Assembly: GCA_963790205.1 (NCBI GenBank)
Contig: CAWBNQ010000005.1
Coordinates: 64,001 to 128,000, forward strand
Direction of reading: 5' to 3'
Length of the DNA: 64,000 nucleotides
Origin: Nitrospirota bacterium
GTDB lineage: Bacteria; Nitrospirota; UBA9217
This document shows, one piece after another, positions 54,734 to 64,000 of the stretch (its first letter is position 1; every line of letters begins with the position of its first letter). A program made the position numbers and the translations under genes. A model generated the notes under the pieces. That model made no database searches, was not told where the DNA came from, and was given only the letters and a program-made list of their open reading frames with translations.

Positions 54734-55435
54734 TCAGCTGAACAGCAAAAAGAATAACATGGTCAATCCCGCCCCGAGCGCCGCCCCGGCAACCACTTCG
54801 AGGGGGCGATGTATGCGCGACGACCACCTGCTCCAGCTTACCATGATCGCCAGTAAAAAAGTCAGTACACCTACTGTCAGCGACTGCGTCAGATAAAGGG
54901 CCGCAACCCAGATGGAGAAGGAGACTGCCGCGTGACCGCTCGGCATGCCTCCCCTCAGCGGCTCCCCCCTGCCGAGAAATGCCTTGATAATAACGACGAT
55001 GATCACCACTGCCGTCAGCGCAACAAAGGCCACGACATCGTCCCCGGCCTTCCGGGGGTGCCATACTCCGGTGGTGATGACCGCTTTTACGGCCGGGTAG
55101 AGAATAAGATAAGCGAGCGTCAGGGCGCCGATCGACGCGATCAAGACCACACCGGCTGCGATGTCCTTGGCGGTCTTTGCAAGCGGATCGTACGTTTCCG
55201 CGATCATGTCAACGACGACTTCGATTGCCGTGTTCATCATCTCGGTGACCAGGACGAGCACGATGGCCACACAGAGCAGGATGAACTGTATTCGGGATAT
55301 ATCCAGGACGAGGGTGAGCACGAGAACAGCCAGAGCGACGAACAGATGATATCGCATGTGCCGCTGGGTCTTGACGGAATAAATGATGCCCTCGATCGCC
55401 AGGTTGGCGCTTTGGGTCCAGGATTTCGGTTTCAT
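54734..55435 (-). CDS. dgkA: diacylglycerol/undecaprenol kinase fused to PAP2 phosphatase
   Basis: EMMNTAIEVVVD..AKDIAAG; GGMPSGH..SR..IH. Confidence 0.88.
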   Translation of the reverse strand: MKPKSWTQSANLAIEGIIYSVKTQRHMRYHLFVALAVLVLTLVLDISRIQFILLCVAIVLVLVTEMMNTAIEVVVDMIAETYDPLAKTAKDIAAGVVLIASIGALTLAYLILYPAVKAVITTGVWHPRKAGDDVVAFVALTAVVIIVVIIKAFLGRGEPLRGGMPSGHAAVSFSIWVAALYLTQSLTVGVLTFLLAIMVSWSRWSSRIHRPLEVVAGAALGAGLTMLFFLLFS

Positions 55436-55869
55436 GCGGACATCCTTTTCAACAACTGGAGCTCCCGACGCTTCATCCTTCTTGCTTCATCGCCGCCGCG
55501 TTCGTGATGGTAACCAAGAAGATGGAGCAGGCCGTGAACAAGGAGAAGATCGATTTCGCGGCCGACCGTATGCCCTGCTTCCGCTGCCTGGCGTACGGCA
55601 GTCGGCACCGCGATAACGATATCACCAAGGACCTCCGGCTGAACATGGGAAAACGCTCCTTCGCGCAGGGAGAACGAAAGCACGTCGGTCGCCTTGTCCT
55701 TGCCGCGGTACCGCCGGTTCAAAGTGCGCATGGCCCGGTCGCCGACAAACAGAACGCTCAACTCGGCATTATGCAGGCCGATGCTCCTCAGCAGGTTCCC
55801 GAGCCGTGTCCCGAGCGCTGTCGTTGCCAGTCTTTGTTTCTTCTGAGTGTTTTTTATCCTGATGTTCAC
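55432..55869 (-). CDS. ybeY: rRNA maturation endoribonuclease YbeY
   Basis: LNRRYRGKDKATDVLSF, HGLLHLLGYHH. Confidence 0.95.
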   Translation of the reverse strand: MNIRIKNTQKKQRLATTALGTRLGNLLRSIGLHNAELSVLFVGDRAMRTLNRRYRGKDKATDVLSFSLREGAFSHVQPEVLGDIVIAVPTAVRQAAEAGHTVGREIDLLLVHGLLHLLGYHHERGGDEARRMKRRELQLLKRMSA

Positions 55870-57562
55870 CGCGTCTCTTTTCTCCGGGCAATTCCTTGCC
55901 GGGATAATCGATCCGATGATGGAATATCCCGCTGAGGACGAGATTGAAACTCCGCGCGATCTCGCGGAGGTCCCGAAGCGTGAGATCGCATCTCACGAGC
56001 TGATCATCAAGAAATATGCGGGTAATGATGCTGTTCGTCAATGCCTGTATCCTCTGGGGGGTCGGGTTGTCGAGCGTTCGCGAGGCCGCTTCGACTGAGT
56101 CCGACAGCATGACGATAGCGGCAACCTTGGTCCGCGGCCTGGGGCCGGGGTATCGATAATCCGCCTCGGCGATCTTGACGAGCGGCTGGAGTTCTTTTGC
56201 TTTCTGGTAGAAATACGTGATCAGCGAGGTGCCGTGATGCTGCCGGATGATATCAATGACCGACGTCGGCAGCTTGTGCTCACGGGCCATGTCGATGCCG
56301 TCTTTTACATGAGACGCAATGATCAAACTGCTCATCGATGGCATGAGCCGGTCATGTTTGTTATCGTAGGGTCTCTGGTTTTCTATAAAATACTCCGGTT
56401 TTCGTATCTTGCCCACATCGTGGTAGTAGGCCCCGACCCGAGCAAGGAGCGGATTTTCTCCGATGGCTTCGGCTGCGGCCTCAGCCAGGTTGCCGATCAC
56501 GATACTGTGGTGGTAGGTACCCGGACTTTTGTAAACCAGCTCCTTGAGCAGCGGCTGGTTGGGGTCTAAAAGTTCAAGAAGTTTTATGTCCGTGGCTATG
56601 TCGAAGAGCGCTTCAAAAAATGGCAACGATACCGACACGATCATGGATACAAGCACGGCGCCCAGAAATCCCGCGCTCAGGTCGTATATGCTGCGGGTGA
56701 GCAAATCGCCCCGGTAGAGGTCGATGCCGAGAATGGTAACGAGGTTAATGAGACCGGTGAAGGCCCCTGCCCTGATCACTGCGGTCCTCTTTTTGCAATG
56801 GATCACCGAGAGGGCAGCCATGATGCTGCCGAGAAAATAATAGATCGGCATGAAAGGGTCGCTCTGAAACAGGCTGCCCACCAGGATGCTGACCACAAAT
56901 GAAAAGCCCACCGCAAGATGAAAATCAAAGAGGAGACAAACGAGCATGGCCCCCGCTGACACCGGCACGGCGAAACCGATGGTGATCGAATCCAGTAAGA
57001 ATTTGTCGGCCACCAGCGAGAAGATATATTTTGCAAACTGCGCTACGATGACCGTAACCAGCAGGAGCAAAGCGAGGAGAAATAACTTTCGCGTATCGGT
57101 GATGAGCGCGGGGCGGTACCGTTTGACGTCCCGGTAAAAAAGGTAAAAAAAGAGCAGAATGAGCATGGTCAACCCCAGGTACGCATATCGCCTGTTGCCG
57201 ATGCCTTCCCGGCGCGCAATTTCGTCAAGTATCCGCGCGGCCTTTTCTGAAACACGGTGACCGGCCTCCACGATGACCTCGCCCTTGTTTACCTTATAGG
57301 AAAAAACGGTCTGATCAGGCCCCGGATATTCAATGTACATGGTATAAGGTGCTGTAATGCTCCGCGAGGCCGTGTCCCCTTTTTCCAGAAACGGGAACCA
57401 TAAAAGGAGCAGGAAAGCGAGCAGAACAGCGGTGGTGAGTGCAAGGCCGATATTCATGATCGCGGCAGCGCGCGATATTCCCGCGGGCGCTTCATCCTTG
57501 TCGGAAACGGGGAGATGGGTCTTTGGCAGGAGCTTTGCCAGGGTATCATGCTTACTATTCAT
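55769..57562 (-). CDS. 7TM-HDIG phosphohydrolase (PgpH-like)
   Basis: multiple TM helices, PGTYHHS, YYHDVGK, QHHGT, DSVEAA. Confidence 0.9.
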   Translation of the reverse strand: MNSKHDTLAKLLPKTHLPVSDKDEAPAGISRAAAIMNIGLALTTAVLLAFLLLLWFPFLEKGDTASRSITAPYTMYIEYPGPDQTVFSYKVNKGEVIVEAGHRVSEKAARILDEIARREGIGNRRYAYLGLTMLILLFFYLFYRDVKRYRPALITDTRKLFLLALLLLVTVIVAQFAKYIFSLVADKFLLDSITIGFAVPVSAGAMLVCLLFDFHLAVGFSFVVSILVGSLFQSDPFMPIYYFLGSIMAALSVIHCKKRTAVIRAGAFTGLINLVTILGIDLYRGDLLTRSIYDLSAGFLGAVLVSMIVSVSLPFFEALFDIATDIKLLELLDPNQPLLKELVYKSPGTYHHSIVIGNLAEAAAEAIGENPLLARVGAYYHDVGKIRKPEYFIENQRPYDNKHDRLMPSMSSLIIASHVKDGIDMAREHKLPTSVIDIIRQHHGTSLITYFYQKAKELQPLVKIAEADYRYPGPRPRTKVAAIVMLSDSVEAASRTLDNPTPQRIQALTNSIITRIFLDDQLVRCDLTLRDLREIARSFNLVLSGIFHHRIDYPGKELPGEKRRGEHQDKKHSEETKTGNDSARDTAREPAEEHRPA

Positions 57563-58520
57563 CCGTCTCCTCGTATCTTTCGTAGGCCTTGATGATCTGC
57601 TGAACCAGCTTATGGCGTACTACGTCCTTGTTGGTAAAATATACGAAGCGTATGCCTTCGATATCGTCCAGTATTTTCTGCACTTCGATGAGACCCGAGT
57701 TTCTACCACTCGGCAGGTCGATCTGGGTTATATCGCCGGTGACCACGGTCTTCGAGTTGAAACCCAGCCGGGTAAGGAACATCTTCATCTGCTCGGTGGT
57801 CGTGTTTTGGGCCTCGTCGAGGATGATGAAGGAGTCATTCAGCGTACGGCCTCGCATGAATGCAAGAGGGGCGATCTCAATGTCCCCCCGCTCCACGAGT
57901 TTATTCGCCTTTTCAGTTTCGATCATGTCATACAGAGCGTCATAGAGCGGGCGCAGATAGGGATTGACCTTCTCGTAAAGATCGCCGGGCAGGAACCCGA
58001 GTTTCTCCCCCGCTTCCACCGCGGGACGCACGAGGATGATCCTGCTCACTTCGCGCCGCAGGAGGGCGGAGACCGCCGTGGCCATGGCAAGGTAGGTCTT
58101 GCCGGTGCCGGCCGGCCCGATCCCGAACACGATGTCATGCTCTCTGATGGCATCGACATATTTACGCTGCGTCTCGTTCTTGGGCGCGACAGGCCGTTTC
58201 CTGCTCGAAACCGGGATCGCTTTTTGAAATAAGTCCTTCAAGGCAGTTGAGGGATCTGTTGAAAAGGCATGAATGGCCGTGTTGACGTCGTCTTTTTGAG
58301 AAATGACGCCCTTGGTAAGCATGTCGGCGAGCTGCTTTAAAAGTCGTTCAACCCTTGCGACGGACTTTTCTTCGCCCTCTATCTGGATCCTGTTTCCCCG
58401 GGCGTTCAGGACCACGCCGTAGGTGTTTTCGATCAATCTGAGGTTTTTGTCCATGTCCCCGTAGAGACTGGGCAGCGACATTTCATCTTCTATGGTTACA
58501 ATGACCGGGCTTGTTTTCAT
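57555..58520 (-). CDS. phoH: PhoH family ATPase
   Basis: GPAGTGKT, RPAVEAGE, FMRGRT, DEAQN. Confidence 0.93.
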   Translation of the reverse strand: MKTSPVIVTIEDEMSLPSLYGDMDKNLRLIENTYGVVLNARGNRIQIEGEEKSVARVERLLKQLADMLTKGVISQKDDVNTAIHAFSTDPSTALKDLFQKAIPVSSRKRPVAPKNETQRKYVDAIREHDIVFGIGPAGTGKTYLAMATAVSALLRREVSRIILVRPAVEAGEKLGFLPGDLYEKVNPYLRPLYDALYDMIETEKANKLVERGDIEIAPLAFMRGRTLNDSFIILDEAQNTTTEQMKMFLTRLGFNSKTVVTGDITQIDLPSGRNSGLIEVQKILDDIEGIRFVYFTNKDVVRHKLVQQIIKAYERYEETDE

Positions 58521-58602
58521 TATCAGGACATACAGAACTCTATTTTCCCCTGTATGTATGTGGTTATACTAGCATTTTGAAAAATCAAAGTCAATTTTAC
58601 TT

Positions 58603-59136
58603 TTAAAAATCGATGCCCTTCCGGGCAGGCAGGCCGCTGTCGTAGGGATGCTTGACAGAGCGCATTTCCGTCACCATGTCGGAAATGGCGACCAGATCGG
58701 GGTGTACATTGCGGCCCGTCAGGATGAGATGCAGCTTCGCCGGCTTTTTTCTGACCAGAGCGAGAACATCGGCGATGTCGACAAGGCAGAGGGCTACCGC
58801 CGTGTTGATCTCGTCAAGGATCAGGACGTCCCAGGCCCCGGAAAGCATGCGCTGCCGCGCGAGCGTCAGCGCTTCCCCCGCCGCCTTCCGGTGCTCGGCC
58901 AGGGGAGTCGTGCTGCCGCAGCAATTTACAAAGCCTTTGCCCAGCGAAACGAAATCCAGCTCGGGGGCGAGCCGTTCGGCCGCTCTCGCTTCGCCGGTGG
59001 CCATGGAGCTCTTGAGGAACTGAACCACGGAAACGTACATCCGGTGACCGACCGCGCGCAGTGCGACCCCCATGGCCGCGCTCGTCTTCCCTTTCCCGTC
59101 ACCGGTAAAGACTATGACCAAACCGTCATTTTGCAT
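58603..59136 (-). CDS. cobO: cob(I)yrinic acid a,c-diamide adenosyltransferase
   Basis: TGDGKGKT, QFLK, LDEI, LTGR, KHPY..GIDF. Confidence 0.9.
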   Translation of the reverse strand: MQNDGLVIVFTGDGKGKTSAAMGVALRAVGHRMYVSVVQFLKSSMATGEARAAERLAPELDFVSLGKGFVNCCGSTTPLAEHRKAAGEALTLARQRMLSGAWDVLILDEINTAVALCLVDIADVLALVRKKPAKLHLILTGRNVHPDLVAISDMVTEMRSVKHPYDSGLPARKGIDF

Positions 59137-59201
59137 CAGGTCCTTCTCTTCAGGATGAAGCCCTCCAGATAGCTTCCGACTCTTTTATGCATGTATCTTG
59201 T

Positions 59202-59780
59202 TTACTTTATCCGCCCTTCCGCCGTTTTCCAGTTGATGTTCGCAAAGAACGCCTCAATATAGTCCGCACGCTTCAGCTGATAATCGGTCATGTACGCGTG
59301 CTCGAACACATCCATGATCAGGACCGGTTCGCAGCCGGCAAGGTGCGCCACGTCATGTTCATTGATCCATGAATTGAACAGCCGGTCTCCTGCTGCATCA
59401 TGATACAAGACCGCCCAGCCGATGCCCCGCATGGTCCCGCAGGCCTTGAAGTCCTTTTCCCAGCCATCGACACTGCCGAACTCCTTCTCCATCTTTTTCG
59501 CAAGCCTGCCGGCCCGGTCCATACCGCCGCTCCCTTTGAGGTTCTCAAAGTAAAGTTCATGCAGCCTCATACCGTTGAACTCCCATCCGAACCTTCTTTT
59601 GAGCTCGGCATATTCCGGCGTGCCCGTTTTCCCGTCTTTCAGCATCTGCGAGAGCGTCTCAGCGGCCTTGTTCGTGTTGGCGACATATCCCTGATACAAC
59701 GTGAAATGGTTTTTGAGAAGCGTTTCGCTGAACCCCTTCATCCCGATCAATGAATTGAAATCTTTTGCAGTGTACGACAT
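59202..59780 (-). CDS. Fe/Mn superoxide dismutase (ChrC-like subgroup)
   Basis: HFTLYQGYV, NGMRLHELYF, DVFEHAY. Confidence 0.88.
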   Translation of the reverse strand: MSYTAKDFNSLIGMKGFSETLLKNHFTLYQGYVANTNKAAETLSQMLKDGKTGTPEYAELKRRFGWEFNGMRLHELYFENLKGSGGMDRAGRLAKKMEKEFGSVDGWEKDFKACGTMRGIGWAVLYHDAAGDRLFNSWINEHDVAHLAGCEPVLIMDVFEHAYMTDYQLKRADYIEAFFANINWKTAEGRIK

Positions 59781-59946
59781 GTACTCTCCTCCTTGTAGTC
59801 AATTCAGAATGAATGTTTTGATGCCGAGTGGATAAATAATAGCACCTTACGTATTAAAACTCAAGGTAAGTTACAATTACTGCGAAAACCATATGTCTGC
59901 TGAATGATTTGCATTTTCTTTACTTTTTACCGGACGAGGATGTATA

Positions 59947-61968
59947 ATGGCCGCAATGCAAAAAGGGAAATCCATACTCCTTTATCTTTTTCTGATCCTG
60001 ACAGCCGTTCTCATAGGAGGAGCTGCCGGGTTCATCATCTTTTCGGTCTGGGACCTGCCCGAAGTCAAGACCCTGGAAGAATACAAGCCGAGCATCACCT
60101 CCCGCGTCTATTCAGACGACAACAAGCTCCTGGCGGAATTCTTCATGGAAAACCGCACGCCTGTTGTTCTGTCGGATGTGCCCGAAAACTTGATTAAAGC
60201 GCTCATTGCCACCGAGGACACGAGATTTTACAGCCATCACGGCATCGACTTGCGCGGGATCGCGAGGGCCTTCTACCGGAATGTCAGGGCCAAAAAAGTG
60301 CTTGAAGGCGGAAGCACGCTTACGCAGCAGCTCGCAAAGGCGCTTTTCCTCACGCCTGAGCGCAGTTACGCGAGGAAGCTCAAGGAAATGGCCCTCGCGC
60401 TCAAGATAGAGCAGCGCTATACAAAACGTGAAATACTCACTCTCTACCTTAATCAGATATACTTCGGCAGCGGCGCCTACGGCGTGGAAGCCGCTTCTCA
60501 GATCTATTTCGGAAAAAAGGCGAAAGACCTGGATACGGCGGAATGCGCCCTGCTCGCCGGACTGCCCCGCTCTCCAAACTACTACTCTCCCTTCAAATCG
60601 CCGGAGAATGCCCGCGGAAGGCGGGCTTATGTGTTAAACCGAATGGTTGCTACGCGGGTTCTGACCCCTGCGCAGGCCGAAGAAGCCAAAAAAGCGCCTC
60701 TGCCCTCGCACCCGACGTTGAAGACAGGAGGGCCCGCTCCTTACTTCGTCGAATACGTACGGCAGAAGGTGGAAGAGCGCTTCGGATCGAGCATCCTCTA
60801 CTCCGGCGGGCTCAACATATATACCAGCATCAATGACGATCTCCAGAATGACGCTGAGCAGGCGGTGCGTTCAGGCCTTTCAAAAATTGAGGCGCGACAC
60901 CGCAAAAAGGGCGCGTTCCCCATCCCCCTTCAAGCTGCGCTTATAGCCATCGATCCGGCAACCGGCCACATCTGCGCCATGGTCGGGGGCCGGGATTTCA
61001 GTCAAAGCCAGTTTAACCGCGCCTGGCAGGCCCAGCGTCAGCCGGGATCGGCTTTCAAGCCGCTTATCTATGCGGCAGCGCTTGATCGCGGGTTTGGCGC
61101 AGCCGACATCCTCGATGACTCTCCGCTCACCATCAGAATAGACAATAAAAAAACCTGGACACCTGAAAATTTTACGAGGACCTATCAGGGGCCGGTGACC
61201 ATGAGAAAGGCGCTGGCCCAGTCGCTGAACGTTCCGACCGTTCGGCTGCTCGAAAAGATAGGCGTTGACAGCGCCATCGCATACGCTAAAAAATTCGGCA
61301 TTAAAAGCCCTCTCAGTCCCTATCCGGCGCTGGCCCTCGGGAGCTCCGATGTCACGCTCTTCGAGCTGACGTCGGCTTATGCCGTGTTCGACAACCACGG
61401 AATACGGGTCGGTCCTGTTTCCATCCTGAAGATTACCGACAGCACCGGCCAAGTCCTTTTCGCAAATGACGCTCTCCCGGAGCAGGTCATAAAACCTGAA
61501 ACCGCCTACCTGATAACAAACCTGCTCAGGGGCGTGATCGAAAAAGGAACGGCTTGGAAAGCGAGGGAACTCGGCAGGCCCGCGGCCGGAAAGACCGGTA
61601 CTACGAACGACTTCCGCGACGCCTGGTTCATCGGCTATACGCCGGGTCTTGTTGCGGGCGTCTGGGTCGGTTATGACGATCACCAAAGCATTGGAGCAAG
61701 GGAAACCGGCGCTCGCACGGCACTTCCTATCTGGCTGGAATTCATGGAAAAATCGCTTGACAAACGAGAGAAGGAGGATTTTACTGTACCGAACGGTATT
61801 ATATTTAAACAGATCGACCCCCGTACCGGACTGCTCAGCACCGAACACTGCACGCAATCGTATCGCGAAGCTTTCATGCCGGGCACCGAGCCCAGAAGGT
61901 TTTGTGAGGAACGTGTTACACCCGGTGAAGAACCGCCGATACCGGATGAAGCACCGCGATCTCCGTAA
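59947..61968 (+). CDS. class A penicillin-binding protein (PBP1A family)
   Basis: ATEDTRF, GGSTLTQQ, PGSAFK, SLN, KTGT. Confidence 0.93.
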   Translation: MAAMQKGKSILLYLFLILTAVLIGGAAGFIIFSVWDLPEVKTLEEYKPSITSRVYSDDNKLLAEFFMENRTPVVLSDVPENLIKALIATEDTRFYSHHGIDLRGIARAFYRNVRAKKVLEGGSTLTQQLAKALFLTPERSYARKLKEMALALKIEQRYTKREILTLYLNQIYFGSGAYGVEAASQIYFGKKAKDLDTAECALLAGLPRSPNYYSPFKSPENARGRRAYVLNRMVATRVLTPAQAEEAKKAPLPSHPTLKTGGPAPYFVEYVRQKVEERFGSSILYSGGLNIYTSINDDLQNDAEQAVRSGLSKIEARHRKKGAFPIPLQAALIAIDPATGHICAMVGGRDFSQSQFNRAWQAQRQPGSAFKPLIYAAALDRGFGAADILDDSPLTIRIDNKKTWTPENFTRTYQGPVTMRKALAQSLNVPTVRLLEKIGVDSAIAYAKKFGIKSPLSPYPALALGSSDVTLFELTSAYAVFDNHGIRVGPVSILKITDSTGQVLFANDALPEQVIKPETAYLITNLLRGVIEKGTAWKARELGRPAAGKTGTTNDFRDAWFIGYTPGLVAGVWVGYDDHQSIGARETGARTALPIWLEFMEKSLDKREKEDFTVPNGIIFKQIDPRTGLLSTEHCTQSYREAFMPGTEPRRFCEERVTPGEEPPIPDEAPRSP

Positions 61969-62042
61969 TAATTCCATAATATTATTGACAATACCATGAT
62001 TATTTGTTAATCTTAGTTTGGGTGAACAATTTCCTGTCGAAA

Positions 62043-63425
62043 ATGAAAATGTCCGTACCTCCAGACATCCTGGACAAATTAGTTCCCGCCAAGCTTTTTG
62101 CCCGGCTGAATATCGCCAGTAAAATGCTCCTGGGATATATGACGCTCGTGGGGTTAACGGTTATTGTCGTCGTTTATGCCCTCATCAGCCTGCAACGCAT
62201 CAACCACCTGAATAAAAGCATCGTAAAAACCGATATTATTGTTCAAGAAGCGGCAGATAAGATGCTTGATGCTGTTCTGGCACAGGATAGCTACGAAAAA
62301 CGCTTTCTCATCCTGAAAAGCGATGACATGCGCAGTCTTTTTTCCAAACGGGGTGAAGAATTTCACGCTTCACTCGCTTCACTGAGAGCGCTCCCTGATC
62401 GAAACGGCCTCCCCCTCGAAACCATTGATACACTCCAGGATGCCTATGCGGGCTTTTTCAACCGTGAGGTACAGCTTATCCGCGAAGGAAAGACCAAGAA
62501 GGCTTACGCGATTTCAAACGGCGAACTGAAAAAAACAATCGAGAAGCTTATCGATATGCTCCGGAACCTTTCCCTTGCGGCAAAGGCGTCCCAGGACAGG
62601 AAAATGAGACAGATCAGCGCGATCGGCGGAACTGCTTTCTTGACCACCGCCTTGCTTTGTATCTTCAGTATCGCCGCCGGGGCCATGGCGGGGCTCGTGG
62701 TTACCCACCACATCTCATCATCCATCAATAAGCTGAAGGTCGGGACCGAACACATCTCCGAGGGAAACTTCGACTTTGATCCCGGAATCTACACCGCTGA
62801 TGAAATCGGCAGCTTATCGCAAGCTTTTATCGCCATGGGAAAGAGACTCCGGAAACTCGAAGAAATGTATCTCGATGCCAGTCCCCTGACCCGTCTCCCG
62901 GGAGGCATCGCCATAGAAAACGTGCTGAAAAAGCGGATAGACTCCAGCCAGCCTCTCGCGTTCTGCGTCCTCGACCTTGACAATTTCAAGGCATTTAACG
63001 ACCGGTATGGATATGCAAACGGCAGCGAAGTGATTAAAGAAACAGCTCGTATTATCGAAAATGCAGTCAAGCTGAAAGGCTCGCCAGAGGATTTCATCGG
63101 CCATGTGGGAGGCGATGATTTCGTGGTCATTACCACACCTGATTATATGCGTGAAGTCTCAACGGCAATCATCCATGAATTCGACCGACGCATCCCCGAG
63201 TTTTATGACCTTAGGGACCGGGAGCGCGGACACATCCTGGGGAAAACACGCCAAGGCGTTGAAATGCAGTTTCCGATCATGTCCATCTCCATAGCGATCG
63301 TAACGAACGAACGCCGGGAACTCACCAACCCCTTGGAAGCATCGGAAATCGCGGCGGAACTCAAGGATTACGCGAAGATGATACCCAAGAGCGTTTTTGT
63401 CGTGGATAAGAGGAGGAACGGGTGA
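62043..63425 (+). CDS. membrane sensor with HAMP and GGDEF domains (diguanylate cyclase)
   Basis: two TM helices, DEIGSL HAMP, DLDNFKAFNDRYG, HVGGDDF. Confidence 0.88.
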   Translation: MKMSVPPDILDKLVPAKLFARLNIASKMLLGYMTLVGLTVIVVVYALISLQRINHLNKSIVKTDIIVQEAADKMLDAVLAQDSYEKRFLILKSDDMRSLFSKRGEEFHASLASLRALPDRNGLPLETIDTLQDAYAGFFNREVQLIREGKTKKAYAISNGELKKTIEKLIDMLRNLSLAAKASQDRKMRQISAIGGTAFLTTALLCIFSIAAGAMAGLVVTHHISSSINKLKVGTEHISEGNFDFDPGIYTADEIGSLSQAFIAMGKRLRKLEEMYLDASPLTRLPGGIAIENVLKKRIDSSQPLAFCVLDLDNFKAFNDRYGYANGSEVIKETARIIENAVKLKGSPEDFIGHVGGDDFVVITTPDYMREVSTAIIHEFDRRIPEFYDLRDRERGHILGKTRQGVEMQFPIMSISIAIVTNERRELTNPLEASEIAAELKDYAKMIPKSVFVVDKRRNG

Positions 63426-63856
63426 GAAGATTATTTTTTCTCCTGCTATTGTTGACGTGCTGTCTTTCAGCCTGCGCCAGCCTTAAGGCCGATGACGTTG
63501 ACTTCAAAAATGCGGACAGATTTTTCAGGGAAAAGAATTACCATGAGGCCATTGCTGTTTATGATAAGATATCCAAAGACTCTCCGCGTTCAGAGCGGGG
63601 CGCTCGGGCTCTCTATGATGCCGCCTTTACCCACGCATTTTACGACAATCCTCACAAGGACTACGTTGAAGCATTACAGGGATTTGATGAATTTTTGCGG
63701 GCATATCCGAAAAACGAGAAGGCGAGTGACGCACAGAATTGGCGCTCTATCCTTAAGATGGTGCTGGAGCTTAAAAAAGAGAACGAACACCTGGCCACGA
63801 GCATTGAGCAGCTGAAAAAGATCGACATCAGGCATGAGGAACAGAGGAGGAAATAA
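63422..63856 (+). CDS. TPR lipoprotein
   Basis: lipobox LSAC, TPR helices, C-terminal coiled coil; GTGA overlap with the upstream gene. Confidence 0.8.
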   Translation: MRRLFFLLLLLTCCLSACASLKADDVDFKNADRFFREKNYHEAIAVYDKISKDSPRSERGARALYDAAFTHAFYDNPHKDYVEALQGFDEFLRAYPKNEKASDAQNWRSILKMVLELKKENEHLATSIEQLKKIDIRHEEQRRK

Positions 63857-64000
63857 GGAAGATGTAAAAATATATCCCCTTCCTCATGAGCTCTGCGGAA
63901 TAAACATCGGTCCCGCACTCACGCCGGCAAAGACGTCTCCATAAGTATGGGCAAGCTCTAACAGGCCGCTGAAAAAGTGGCCTTCAGTTTAAAAAATTCT

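Noticed and set aside
63960..63990. AACAGGCCGCTGAAAAAG resembling an IS terminal repeat
   Set aside because: At the window edge, with no partner repeat or transposase visible.

Overview
A 64-kb, mostly GC-rich chromosomal segment of a Gram-negative anaerobe or microaerophile. Gene content and style suggest Nitrospirota or Desulfobacterota; this is inference only. The housekeeping backbone includes an ispB-like prenyl synthase, trpS, mltD, dnaE, three tRNAs, htpX, a selenocysteine formate dehydrogenase operon, hsp20-lon, lipA, a long plsY-pgsA-Kdo-pyrG-ugd-rml envelope cluster, accA, phoH-HDIG-ybeY-dgkA, sod, PBP1A and a GGDEF protein. Main points: (1) a complete chromosomal integron (8.8-14.7 kb) with an N-terminally extended IntI, divergent promoters, attI, four attC sites and cassettes encoding a fused ABC-ATPase/TOPRIM (PARIS-like) protein, unknown proteins and a self-promoted BrnT/BrnA toxin-antitoxin pair; (2) a GxxExxY nuclease-fold gene exactly bracketed by 29-bp periodic inverted repeats, with related gene-less inverted-repeat elements elsewhere in the window, a candidate small mobile or looped-out module; (3) a probable dif site at 34756-34783; (4) features missed by the ORF track: Sec read-through in fdh, a triheme cytochrome c with an in-frame TGA, and a 36-aa basic protein. 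Many frameshifts, including in essential genes, are repaired by removing extra bases, which points to sequencing error rather than pseudogenisation.
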